This document shows, in pieces, positions 45,805-54,516 of a stretch of 64,000 nt of DNA; within the stretch, counting starts at the first letter, position 1; each line of letters starts with the position of its first letter. The position numbers and the translations under genes are program-made. Source of the DNA: a virus (taxonomy: Duplodnaviria; Caudoviricetes). The stretch is from the IMG/VR virus record IMGVR_UViG_3300005330_000014, positions 144,234 to 208,233 of that record, one strand, 5' to 3'. The notes under the pieces were generated by a model, which was not told the origin of the DNA, searched no databases, and was given only the letters and a program-made list of their open reading frames with translations.

Positions 45805-46272
45805 ATGAATAAACTAACTTTAGAAGAATATCAAAGTCTATACTCTGATAAAATAACAAAAGGAGAATACGACAGAATCATAGATAAAATAGATAAGAGA
45901 TTTCTCTATATTATGGAAACTATCTGCACTAGACTTAACTGGTATGATTATGATAACGGCTGGAAAGAAACTAACGGTCATTTTGAACCAAATAAGTATC
46001 ATGCTAATAGAAATTCCTATATTAATTTTGACGGAGAATATACGCTGCCTCCGCCCTATAATACCTGCCCAGACATTCCAATTAAATGGCTATGGGAGGA
46101 TTTTGAAGAAAACTTTAAGAAAGAAGTATCTGATTTTAAAACCCAAAAAGAGCATGAAAAGATTAAACTAAAAAATCAAAGGATAGAATTAAAAGCTAAA
46201 AAAGTTGCGATGAAACGATTGATTCAATCCAAGCTTTCAAAAGAAGAATTAAAGTTTATAAAATTCAAATAG
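45805..46272 (+). CDS. Hypothetical protein
   Basis: 155 aa. Confidence 0.55.
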   Translation: MNKLTLEEYQSLYSDKITKGEYDRIIDKIDKRFLYIMETICTRLNWYDYDNGWKETNGHFEPNKYHANRNSYINFDGEYTLPPPYNTCPDIPIKWLWEDFEENFKKEVSDFKTQKEHEKIKLKNQRIELKAKKVAMKRLIQSKLSKEELKFIKFK

Positions 46273-46274
46273 TT

Positions 46275-46961
46275 ATGAAAGCTAATTGGCAAGAGTTGCA
46301 AACTCAATTTTGGAAAGATGGGTATTGTATACTTGATAATTTAATTCCAAAGGATTTAGTAGAATATTGGGCTGCAATTGCTTTGGATTTATCTACTAAA
46401 CTAACTCGACAAGGGGTTAAAAAAATAGAAAAGCAATTTGATGCCGCCGATTTAGAAACACGCGACGCTGCTGGAATTTATAGTTTAGTTAGTATTCCGG
46501 GGTATGTTGCTTTTTGTGATTTTGAAAATTTAAAGATATATTATCAAAATTTAGCTAATTTTTTAAGTTTATTCACTGGATTAGATATTGTTTTAAGCGA
46601 AGATATAGAAAGTGCGGTAACTGTTATGGTTTATCCGCCTCCCGCCGGACAAATGACGGCACACTACGATACAAACCCAATCACTGTATTATTATATTTA
46701 ACTGACAATCAAGATGGTGGTACTGAATTATACCCACTAACTGCTCGCCGACCTACCACTTTAACTACAATTGATGAATTTATTGCTGATCCAATTGTTA
46801 TTCTACCAAAAGTTGGTCGCATAGTATTATTCCAAGGGCAAAAAATTTGGCATAAAGCATTACCTGTAACTAAAACTACAAAAATTAGTTCAGCATGGAA
46901 TTATTATATTAAAGGAGAAAATTGGCGACCCAAAGGGGTGTCGGAAAGATTGTATAAATAA
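46275..46961 (+). CDS. 2OG-Fe(II) dioxygenase
   Basis: HYD, VLLYL, GG, G.IVLF, WH...PV, K.S. Confidence 0.8.
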   Translation: MKANWQELQTQFWKDGYCILDNLIPKDLVEYWAAIALDLSTKLTRQGVKKIEKQFDAADLETRDAAGIYSLVSIPGYVAFCDFENLKIYYQNLANFLSLFTGLDIVLSEDIESAVTVMVYPPPAGQMTAHYDTNPITVLLYLTDNQDGGTELYPLTARRPTTLTTIDEFIADPIVILPKVGRIVLFQGQKIWHKALPVTKTTKISSAWNYYIKGENWRPKGVSERLYK

Positions 46962-46962
46962 C

Positions 46963-47697
46963 ATGGAAGCAGAAGTATGGAAGTCTATTGATGGATATGA
47001 AGGTATTTATGAAATTTCTTCATTTGGTAATGTAAGAAGCTATGCTCGTGAAACTGTATGCTTAATTAAGCCTAGGATTAACCAAGGTTATTTTATTTTA
47101 GGCTTATGGAATAAAGGCAAATGTAAAACCTCTAAAATCCATAGGTTAGTAGCATTACACTTTATTGAAAACCCCGACAACAAACCTCAAGTAAATCATA
47201 TCGACGGCAATAAACTAAATAATCATTTAGATAATTTGGAATGGGTAACACCACAAGAAAATAGTGCCCATGCCTCAAAATTAAAATTAGTAGCTTACGG
47301 CACTAGAAATGCAGCAGCAAAAATAACTGACGAAGATGTTGTTAGTATTAGAAAAATGTATGATTCCGGGGAATTTACCCAAAATCAACTATCAAATAAG
47401 TTCAATCTATCACAAGGAATTATAGGGAAAATTATTAATGGTCTGTTATGGGAGCACGTTCCATATAGCGGAGAACGTTCATTAGAACGGATTAGCTGTA
47501 ATCAATCTAATTATACTAGAAATTTACGCGGAGATAATAACTATTGGTCTAAAATCACAGAATCCCAAGTTAAAGAAATAAGAGAAATGTATAATAATGG
47601 GGATATGACTTACAAACAGATAGCAGATTTATACGGCGTTACCCCTCAAAATATTCGTTCTATTATTATTAGAAAAACATGGAAAAATCTAGAATGA
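46963..47697 (+). mobile_element. Free-standing NUMOD4-HNH homing endonuclease with two C-terminal HTH repeats
   Basis: WKSIDGYEGIYEISSFG, HRLVA..F, VNHIDGNK.NN..DNLEW; KITxxxVxxIRxMY repeated twice. Confidence 0.85.
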
Positions 47698-47942
47698 AAG
47701 AATACAATCTCAAAATACCTGAAAACACTGATTCCCGCCGCCGCGCGCCCGTCGGTAAAATTACCTTCACTTACGATAAAAGTTTTCAGAATAATTGGCA
47801 AAAATATCCAAAATTCGTGAAAACAACCATTTCAGTAATCATATATGAGAATGAAGACGTTAATAAACTGATAAGTAATTTGAAAAAGGATTATAAAAAT
47901 GCGCGGGAATTTGAAGTCATTTTAAATAATGAAACTAAATAA
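47679..47942 (+). CDS. Hypothetical protein
   Basis: Likely start ATG 47694. Confidence 0.5.
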   Translation: MEKSRMKEYNLKIPENTDSRRRAPVGKITFTYDKSFQNNWQKYPKFVKTTISVIIYENEDVNKLISNLKKDYKNAREFEVILNNETK

Positions 47943-48144
47943 TACTCAAATTAAACAACTGGCAATTTTAGGATATTTTCTAGTAGAATCTGAACCTCAA
48001 CGCTTCATCGCGGGCACTCAATTTATTGGCGGTTATGATTATGTGTCCGCCGAGGCTGCACTTAAAAGATTAGAAGAGGCGGAGCTTGTTAATCGCATCT
48101 GGAGAAGAAATTTCGGAAAAGATTTGTATAATTTAGAAAAGTAG
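47929..48144 (+). CDS. Hypothetical protein
   Basis: 71 aa. Confidence 0.5.
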   Translation: MKLNNTQIKQLAILGYFLVESEPQRFIAGTQFIGGYDYVSAEAALKRLEEAELVNRIWRRNFGKDLYNLEK

Positions 48145-48153
48145 AATCATATA
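48145..48153 (+). promoter_or_regulatory. AATCATATA motif heading a leader of about 95 nt
   Basis: Directly after the stop at 48144. Confidence 0.45.
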
Positions 48154-48248
48154 ACTCAAATACAAGATTTAAGCGCCCAATGTTTCAATGACGAAACACG
48201 GCATTAAAAACAAAAAACGCCTAACGGCAAAATAAAAAAACAAATAGT

Positions 48249-48443
48249 ATGAAGAATAGTAAGACAATCGCCGCCCGCCTCGCCTCAACTAAGGGTCGTA
48301 TCGTCGGCATTACCACGAAGTCGCGGAAATTCAATGGTCAGATTCGTTCCGTTACTCCTAGTTACGTAACTATGTATGATCGTAATGCCCAAAAGCAATT
48401 CAAATTTGCTCTAAGTTCCGTGGTTTCAGTTACTGGTGTATAA
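48249..48443 (+). CDS. Small basic protein, possible Sm/Hfq-like fold
   Basis: helix-GRIVGIT..RKFNGQI.SV...V......QFKFALSSVVSV; about 48% GC in 48301-48360. Confidence 0.5.
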   Translation: MKNSKTIAARLASTKGRIVGITTKSRKFNGQIRSVTPSYVTMYDRNAQKQFKFALSSVVSVTGV

Positions 48444-48452
48444 GTTAGTTAG

Positions 48453-48556
48453 TTTTTCCGGCCTCGGTTTTCAAACTTGGGCTAGAAAATGAGGAAGAAG
48501 TAATATCCCGTAGCAATACGGTGGGTGGATAACCTCAAAAAACAAGCCACCCAACC
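48453..48556 (+). ncRNA. Candidate structured RNA
   Basis: CCGTA-GCAA-TACGG GNRA hairpin nested in TATCC/GGATA and GAGG/CCTC; alternative pairing TGGGTGG/CCACCCA. Confidence 0.45.
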
Positions 48557-48590
48557 ACTTTCAAATAAATCAATAAAATCAACTAAAAAC

Positions 48591-48601
48591 AATTATATAA
48601 T
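48591..48601 (+). promoter_or_regulatory. AATTATATA motif with TATAAT; leaderless geometry
   Basis: TATAAT 48596-48601; ATG 48607. Confidence 0.55.
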
Positions 48602-48606
48602 TAATA

Positions 48607-48852
48607 ATGACAAACCTCAATAATATCATGAAGAATCCGGCGGATAATACTAGAGAAAAAGCTGACCGAATTTTAACACTAACTGAAGAGTTACATGACC
48701 TGCAAAATAAGCGAAAGAGTGTTGCGGCGGCTTTCACAACTCGGATTAAAGAAGTAAAACAAGACATTTTAGATGTTCTAAATGATGAACAGACCGCCGA
48801 GGAAATCGTCAAGAATGTTCATAATGAACATGATTTGGAAGTAATTAAGTAA
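48607..48852 (+). CDS. Coiled-coil hypothetical protein
   Basis: 81 aa heptad pattern. Confidence 0.55.
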   Translation: MTNLNNIMKNPADNTREKADRILTLTEELHDLQNKRKSVAAAFTTRIKEVKQDILDVLNDEQTAEEIVKNVHNEHDLEVIK

Positions 48853-48876
48853 ATTTAACAATTAAATAACAAAAAT

Positions 48877-49560
48877 ATGGCTTTAGGTAACAAAAACAAC
48901 AACGACAATAGTAAGCTTCTAATTTTAAAAATTCGGACACAAGACCTTGATAAAAAAGCGATTGATCCAATTTTTCAAGTTAATGAAAAAGTAGATGGTA
49001 AATGGGTTTCAACCGATACCACCACGGCGGTAGAAGGACAACTAACTCGGGCGGAAGTCAAAGAGGGTGAATATGAAGGGCAAAAAACCTATAATATTTC
49101 GCTATATCTAAAAGATACTGAAGCCGCCGAGACTTATCTTGTCGATCTTAAGTTAAATATGTTAACGCGTGGACTTCTAAATAGTGTTCTTAATTTAACT
49201 AAATTTGATGAAGTTAAGTTTGGTCTTTATACTGGTAAGAATGGCTATCCAAATGTTGCCGTCCGCCAGCACGGGGAAATGGTTAAATGGAAGTACTCAT
49301 TAGATGAAATGCCCACGCCCGATGAAGTAATGTTTAAGGGTAAGAAAATGCGGGATTATAGTGCGGTAGATGAATTCTTTATTGAAAAAATTAAGGAATT
49401 GGCCGCGCGAGTAAATGGTGCCGCGCCTGCAAAATCAAAAGATAAAACAGTTAATACTACTAAGGTAGTTAAATCTGAGGCGAAAGCAGAAAGTCCGGCG
49501 GATTCTGATATGTTTGACGATAAGGAATCTGATAGCACTGATGATGATAGTTTGCTATAA
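48877..49560 (+). CDS. Probable single-stranded DNA-binding protein
   Basis: Beta-rich OB-like core plus acidic tail ending DDDSLL. Confidence 0.55.
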   Translation: MALGNKNNNDNSKLLILKIRTQDLDKKAIDPIFQVNEKVDGKWVSTDTTTAVEGQLTRAEVKEGEYEGQKTYNISLYLKDTEAAETYLVDLKLNMLTRGLLNSVLNLTKFDEVKFGLYTGKNGYPNVAVRQHGEMVKWKYSLDEMPTPDEVMFKGKKMRDYSAVDEFFIEKIKELAARVNGAAPAKSKDKTVNTTKVVKSEAKAESPADSDMFDDKESDSTDDDSLL

Positions 49561-49775
49561 TGAAAAACAGAGTATCAATTACATTATCTGATAATTTAGA
49601 TAATCACGAAGCTTTTCTTAAAGTATTAGAAAATGATCTAGAAACCGAAATTAAATTCGGAGATTTCTCTTTAGGAAAATTTAAATTAGATTATCATAAT
49701 ACCTCTTCGATTAGAGGAAAACTTGCAGAAATTTCTTTAGGATTCAAAGAATGCCCAAAAAACGCTGTGGTGTAA
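49560..49775 (+). CDS. Hypothetical protein
   Basis: 71 aa. Confidence 0.5.
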   Translation: MKNRVSITLSDNLDNHEAFLKVLENDLETEIKFGDFSLGKFKLDYHNTSSIRGKLAEISLGFKECPKNAVV

Positions 49776-51670
49776 TTTCGTCTTCTCCATTAGTACGCAC
49801 GGGTTTTAGTAATAATGCCCGTGCGATTTTGCCGTTATTGTATGCAAATAATAAGTACGAAATCTTCCTTTTAGCTCAGGGGAGCGATGACCGCGATCCT
49901 ACTCTGCAAAAAATGCCGTGGAAAACTCGCGGAACGATTCGCCCGGGGGAATTTAATGAAGATTTATTTGGTCGTGATCCGAATTATCAAAGATTAGTGG
50001 CATATGGAAATCTTTCAGTCCAAAATTGGATCATTGAAAATAAGTTAGATTGTGTTATTCATATTGAAGATATTTGGAGTTCATCTGAAGAACATTATCT
50101 TAATGCTAAATGGTGGCCTTATTTCAAAGATAATTTCCTCCAATGGAGCACGGCGGATTCATTACCAATTTTAAATAACTATAAAACTTGGGCAGAAAAA
50201 TGTTCTAACGTTTGGTTATGGGCGACTTTTGGGGTTAATGCTTTACATAAAGAAAATAAAGAAAAGTATGGACATGTAAAATGTGTCCACGGAGTTTTGG
50301 ATACGACCGAATACGCTCCTATTTCTTTTCTTAAGAAGAACGAATTAAGAGATAAATTCAATATTGATCGTGATGCCGTTGTTTTCTTCAAACTCGGACG
50401 CTCACAATTAAGAAAGTTATATCCCTCAGTTTTAGAGGCTTACGCATCATTCAAAAAACAATATCCTCAATATAAAACTAAACTTCATTTTCATTGCAGC
50501 TTTTCGGAAGGTTGGCCTTATAATGATCTAATCAAGTATTATAACATTGATAAAAATGATGTTTTAGCTACTTATTTTTGCCGTTCATGTGGCGATTATG
50601 AAATCAAACCTTGGGTTGGCGAAGATCAAGATTGTCGATTCTGTAATAATAAGAAAAGTCAAATCACTGCTGGCGTAACAAGTTCAATTTCAAATAAAGA
50701 TTTATCTGATATATATGGAATTTCAGATGCTTGTATTAGCGCATTCACTTCGGGCGGCTTAGAATTTCATAATGTCCAATCATTATTATGCGGACTTCCT
50801 TTACTGTCTTCGGATTATTCATCAGGAGAAGATTTCGTTAAGAATGATTTCGTATTTAAATTAGACGGCACACATACTTATGAGGCAGGTACAGGCTTCA
50901 TTAAGCACGTTCCCAACATAAATACAATTGTTAAATATATGCGGAAGATTTGTGAAATGAATCCGCGCGAACGACAAAATATTGGCAAACAAGGACGGGA
51001 ATGGGCATTAAAAACTTTTGAGCCATTCGCTGCTATTCAAGAGCTAGAGAATTTTATTGATAATTGTCCGCCGATTACTTGGGATTACGTTTTGCCTCCC
51101 GAAAATCTAAAGAATCCCGGCGCACAAGTTCCTGATTTAGATAATCCTAAAGAATGGGTTAGAAGTCTATATAAATTAATTTTAAATATGGACATGCCGG
51201 ATGACGATACTGGCTTAAATGGTTGGGTAACTTCTTTAGCTAATGGAATGTCCAAGACTGAAATTGTTAACTACTTTAGAAAAGTTGCCAACGAAGAAAA
51301 CGAAAAGATTAACCAGAATAATCCCAAACACATTACTTTAGAAAGTTTATTCCCTAGAATTGATAATAAAAAGAATGTTCTTTTAGTTTTGCCGCAGTCA
51401 CTTGGCGATCACGTAATTTTAACAGGATTACTACCGGGAATTTACGAAAAGTACCCTTTAGATAGTCATACGATATACTTAGCCGCCGATCCTAAATTCT
51501 TTGAGGTTTATGAAGGTAATACTAACATTAAATTAGTTCCATTTGCGCTTATTATGAGGAACGAGATGGCAATGTCCGGTTCGGGCGAACACGGACCAAT
51601 TGATTATTTCATTGATGTCGCGCCCAGCACGCAAGTTCATTTAAACTATTTAACTAATAAATATGACTAA
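49751..51670 (+). CDS. Multidomain glycosyltransferase: GT4 with Zn-ribbon insert, DUF4214-like region and GT9 N-half
   Basis: TGFSNNA, FFKLGRSQLRK, TSGGLEFHNVQSLLCG, CRSC/CRFC, LYKLIL..D.GL..W, PQSLGDHV. Confidence 0.75.
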   Translation: MPKKRCGVISSSPLVRTGFSNNARAILPLLYANNKYEIFLLAQGSDDRDPTLQKMPWKTRGTIRPGEFNEDLFGRDPNYQRLVAYGNLSVQNWIIENKLDCVIHIEDIWSSSEEHYLNAKWWPYFKDNFLQWSTADSLPILNNYKTWAEKCSNVWLWATFGVNALHKENKEKYGHVKCVHGVLDTTEYAPISFLKKNELRDKFNIDRDAVVFFKLGRSQLRKLYPSVLEAYASFKKQYPQYKTKLHFHCSFSEGWPYNDLIKYYNIDKNDVLATYFCRSCGDYEIKPWVGEDQDCRFCNNKKSQITAGVTSSISNKDLSDIYGISDACISAFTSGGLEFHNVQSLLCGLPLLSSDYSSGEDFVKNDFVFKLDGTHTYEAGTGFIKHVPNINTIVKYMRKICEMNPRERQNIGKQGREWALKTFEPFAAIQELENFIDNCPPITWDYVLPPENLKNPGAQVPDLDNPKEWVRSLYKLILNMDMPDDDTGLNGWVTSLANGMSKTEIVNYFRKVANEENEKINQNNPKHITLESLFPRIDNKKNVLLVLPQSLGDHVILTGLLPGIYEKYPLDSHTIYLAADPKFFEVYEGNTNIKLVPFALIMRNEMAMSGSGEHGPIDYFIDVAPSTQVHLNYLTNKYD

Positions 51671-51938
51671 CTCCGATAAAATAAAACTAAAATCAGTATT
51701 AGAATATTGTTTGGTAAATTTAAAACATCCTGAAACTCCAGTTGGTAGTATATATGGATTAAACCTCACAACGGATGGATACTACCCACCACCAATTCCT
51801 ACTTACGATAGTTTAATAAATGACGCAAATGCCACTTATGAAAAAATGAAAGCACGGGCTGAAAAAATCAAACAATACGAAGATTGTCTTGTCAATATTC
51901 AATTACTTTTGCTAGATTTGAATTATATAGTTGAATAA
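51663..51938 (+). CDS. Hypothetical protein
   Basis: 91 aa. Confidence 0.5.
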   Translation: MTNSDKIKLKSVLEYCLVNLKHPETPVGSIYGLNLTTDGYYPPPIPTYDSLINDANATYEKMKARAEKIKQYEDCLVNIQLLLLDLNYIVE

Positions 51939-53152
51939 TGAAGCTAGCAGAAACATATGCTAACAATTGTTCAATTGATAAAATTGGACGACCCGATTTA
52001 CCTACTCAATACTTTCCTCTTCCGGTAGATAAGTATATAACTATCCAAAATAGTTCGGGAATGCCCGCGAAAGACTATTCTTTATGGCAGGATGTAGTTA
52101 ATTTAATCCACCCATACTTAGAAAAAGAAGGAATTAGTATTGTTCAAATTGGACGCGGAGAAATTCAACCGTTAAATCGTACAATTAACTTGCTTAATCA
52201 AACTAATTTCGCCCAAACGGTTTATTTGCTTCATAATTCACTCCTTCATTGCGGGAATGACAGTTTCGCTAGCCACGCGTGCGGCGATACAACGCCTTGT
52301 ATAATCGTTTTCGGCAGCACTTCGGCACAATGTCATGCCCCCGCTGTTACGCACCCTCAGAGCATTTTTACAGAAAGTCATCGAAACGGTAATAATCCAA
52401 GTTACCAAGCTCAAGAACAACCAAAATCTATTAATAAGATTCCAGTTGAAAAAGTAGCCGCCGATATTCTTAAAGTTTTGGGTATATCTCACCAAATTAA
52501 TCAAAAAACCATACTCGTTGGCGACCAATACCCTCAAATTGTAATTGAAATAGTTCCTGACGGAATTGTAAATCCTCAATCTTTGCCGCCGGGCGCAATC
52601 AACCTTCGGGCGGATTTATTCTTTGATTTAAACAATATTATTCAAAATCTTCAATTACGACAATACGTATTGTCATTAAATCAACAAATTGACATTAATA
52701 TACTTAAACAACTCAAGCCAAATATTCCTTTATTAATTTATGAAATTGATGAAGAAACTGATGTAGATTATTTACTGTCTATAGTCCGCGCGGGAATTCA
52801 GTTGCAATTAACAACTAAAGTAGATGAAGAAACGTTGAAAGGATTGAAATTGAAGTATTTAGACCTTCCTTTGATCGTGCGCCGAGTCGATACGCCACTT
52901 TCTCAAGTTCTAGAACAAATTAAATCATATAATAATATAGACAATCTAAATAAAATAGAATTAGATAAGCCCTTAAGATATCAATCAAGCAGACTACTTT
53001 TAAGTAATAACAAACAATACCTTTCATTGGCTGACTGGAAATTAGATCGTCCAGTAGAAAATATGGAATGTTCCTCAGTTGCAGATTTAGATAATCAAGA
53101 TTTTTTGAACGAAGTAAATTATTTTAGGATTTATGAGACAATTGAAGTTTAG
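51938..53152 (+). CDS. GT9 C-half-like protein with C-terminal extension
   Basis: AKDY..W, IVQIG, LHCGNDSFASH, VFGST. Confidence 0.65.
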   Translation: MKLAETYANNCSIDKIGRPDLPTQYFPLPVDKYITIQNSSGMPAKDYSLWQDVVNLIHPYLEKEGISIVQIGRGEIQPLNRTINLLNQTNFAQTVYLLHNSLLHCGNDSFASHACGDTTPCIIVFGSTSAQCHAPAVTHPQSIFTESHRNGNNPSYQAQEQPKSINKIPVEKVAADILKVLGISHQINQKTILVGDQYPQIVIEIVPDGIVNPQSLPPGAINLRADLFFDLNNIIQNLQLRQYVLSLNQQIDINILKQLKPNIPLLIYEIDEETDVDYLLSIVRAGIQLQLTTKVDEETLKGLKLKYLDLPLIVRRVDTPLSQVLEQIKSYNNIDNLNKIELDKPLRYQSSRLLLSNNKQYLSLADWKLDRPVENMECSSVADLDNQDFLNEVNYFRIYETIEV

Positions 53153-53570
53153 AGTATGGAGCCCCACGAAAAATCGGTGGATTAAAGAATCTAGTCATCC
53201 TAATGATAGTTATTCTTTTGGAAATATAGTTAATCCATTGCAAGTTAACAAACTATCTTACGGAGAATTCATATATAAAGTAGAAAACGCGATTATTCAG
53301 CAATTTACCGGACTCAAAGATAAGAATGGCGTGGATATTTATGAAGGAGATATTGTCAAATATGATGGTAATTCCGATTTAACTTATAGAAAACCGGGGA
53401 TTGTTTCCATAGGAGAATACTTCACCCATGCCAAAGAATTTTACCATTTCGGCGTCAGAGCGCAAAGAATAGATATGAAAGAGAGTTACTTTGGTTTATC
53501 GTTAAAAGATAACGACTATCTAATCATTGGTAATATTTTTGAAAATCCTGAATTAATAAAAGTCAAATAA
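53133..53570 (+). CDS. YopX family protein
   Basis: LKFRVW...QQFTGLKDKNG.DIYEGDIV...IGNIFENPEL. Confidence 0.85.
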   Translation: MRQLKFRVWSPTKNRWIKESSHPNDSYSFGNIVNPLQVNKLSYGEFIYKVENAIIQQFTGLKDKNGVDIYEGDIVKYDGNSDLTYRKPGIVSIGEYFTHAKEFYHFGVRAQRIDMKESYFGLSLKDNDYLIIGNIFENPELIKVK

Positions 53571-53577
53571 TCATATA
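53569..53577 (+). promoter_or_regulatory. AATCATATA motif
   Basis: At a gene boundary, 16 nt before ATG 53593. Confidence 0.45.
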
Positions 53578-53592
53578 AATAACTAGTTCAAT

Positions 53593-54516
53593 ATGGCTAA
53601 AAATAAGAACAAAGAAAATCAAGAAACTACTGAAGCTTTACAATTGGCAAAATCCGCCGGAGAAACTGCCCAAAACTCGGTCGAAGCTATGACGGAAGCA
53701 GTTAATGATAAATCAGCAGACTCGGGTGATTTTTGCCCTTCGGAAAAGATTAAAGTCATTCGTCAATGTAATATTGAACGCGATCATTGCGGTCTAATCA
53801 AAGGATTAGAATATGAATTTGATAGTTTAGGCTTTGTTAATTATAAGAAACTTATCCCCCGAGAATTTCTTTACCCAAACAAACAGTATTTTCAAAAACG
53901 AAAATTAGCTGTGCCTAACAGTATTGATGATTTGTCGGATTCTCAATTGATCTGCGCCCTCAATGGTTATCGTTTACTCGGCGCAATCCGTGGGTTTAAA
54001 TCGATTAAACATAAAATCATTAGCGAAAGCTATGACAAAGTAGTAATTGAAACGAAAATTATATGGATTGGTAATTATGAAACCGGATTCAAAGATGTAG
54101 CATATACTGCCTTATCCACAGCTTCTCTATCGAATACATTTGATTTTGCTCAAAATTATCTGGCTGAAATTGCTCAGAATCGTGGAGAATGTCGTGCAAT
54201 TCGTGGATTTTTACGTATTCCAATTGTAGCATCTGATGAATTAGGCCCACCGCAAAAAGAAGATGAAGAAAAAGATAGCCAAAAAGCTAAATTTGCTCCT
54301 GCTGGCCCGCACGCAATCCTTCAAAAGAAATTAAATGAAAAAAATACTTCTTGGGATAAATTTAAGGAATCTTGTATTAAGAAAAATATCCCCGGCTCAG
54401 ACACTTGGACCGATTTGGCCAGTCTGGAAACTACACAAGTAGTAACTTTAGTTGATTTGATGAATAAAAAAGAAGAAGAAAAGAATCCTCAAAAGAAACT
54501 GCCAATTGATAATTAA
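53593..54516 (+). CDS. Possible ssDNA-annealing (Rad52-like) protein
   Basis: IAQNRGECRAIRGFLRI helix resembles the Rad52/ERF-type AExRA..RA pattern; tentative. Confidence 0.35.
   Translation: MAKNKNKENQETTEALQLAKSAGETAQNSVEAMTEAVNDKSADSGDFCPSEKIKVIRQCNIERDHCGLIKGLEYEFDSLGFVNYKKLIPREFLYPNKQYFQKRKLAVPNSIDDLSDSQLICALNGYRLLGAIRGFKSIKHKIISESYDKVVIETKIIWIGNYETGFKDVAYTALSTASLSNTFDFAQNYLAEIAQNRGECRAIRGFLRIPIVASDELGPPQKEDEEKDSQKAKFAPAGPHAILQKKLNEKNTSWDKFKESCIKKNIPGSDTWTDLASLETTQVVTLVDLMNKKEEEKNPQKKLPIDN

Noticed and set aside
48175-48200. Hammerhead ribozyme in the leader (ATGAC...GAAAC)
   Set aside because: The CUGANGA core is absent; only a simple TGTTTC/GAAACA hairpin is supported
54513-54516. 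Terminator at the convergence of the plus- and minus-strand blocks
   Set aside because: The two stop codons simply overlap (TTAA) with no hairpin, so there is no supportable element
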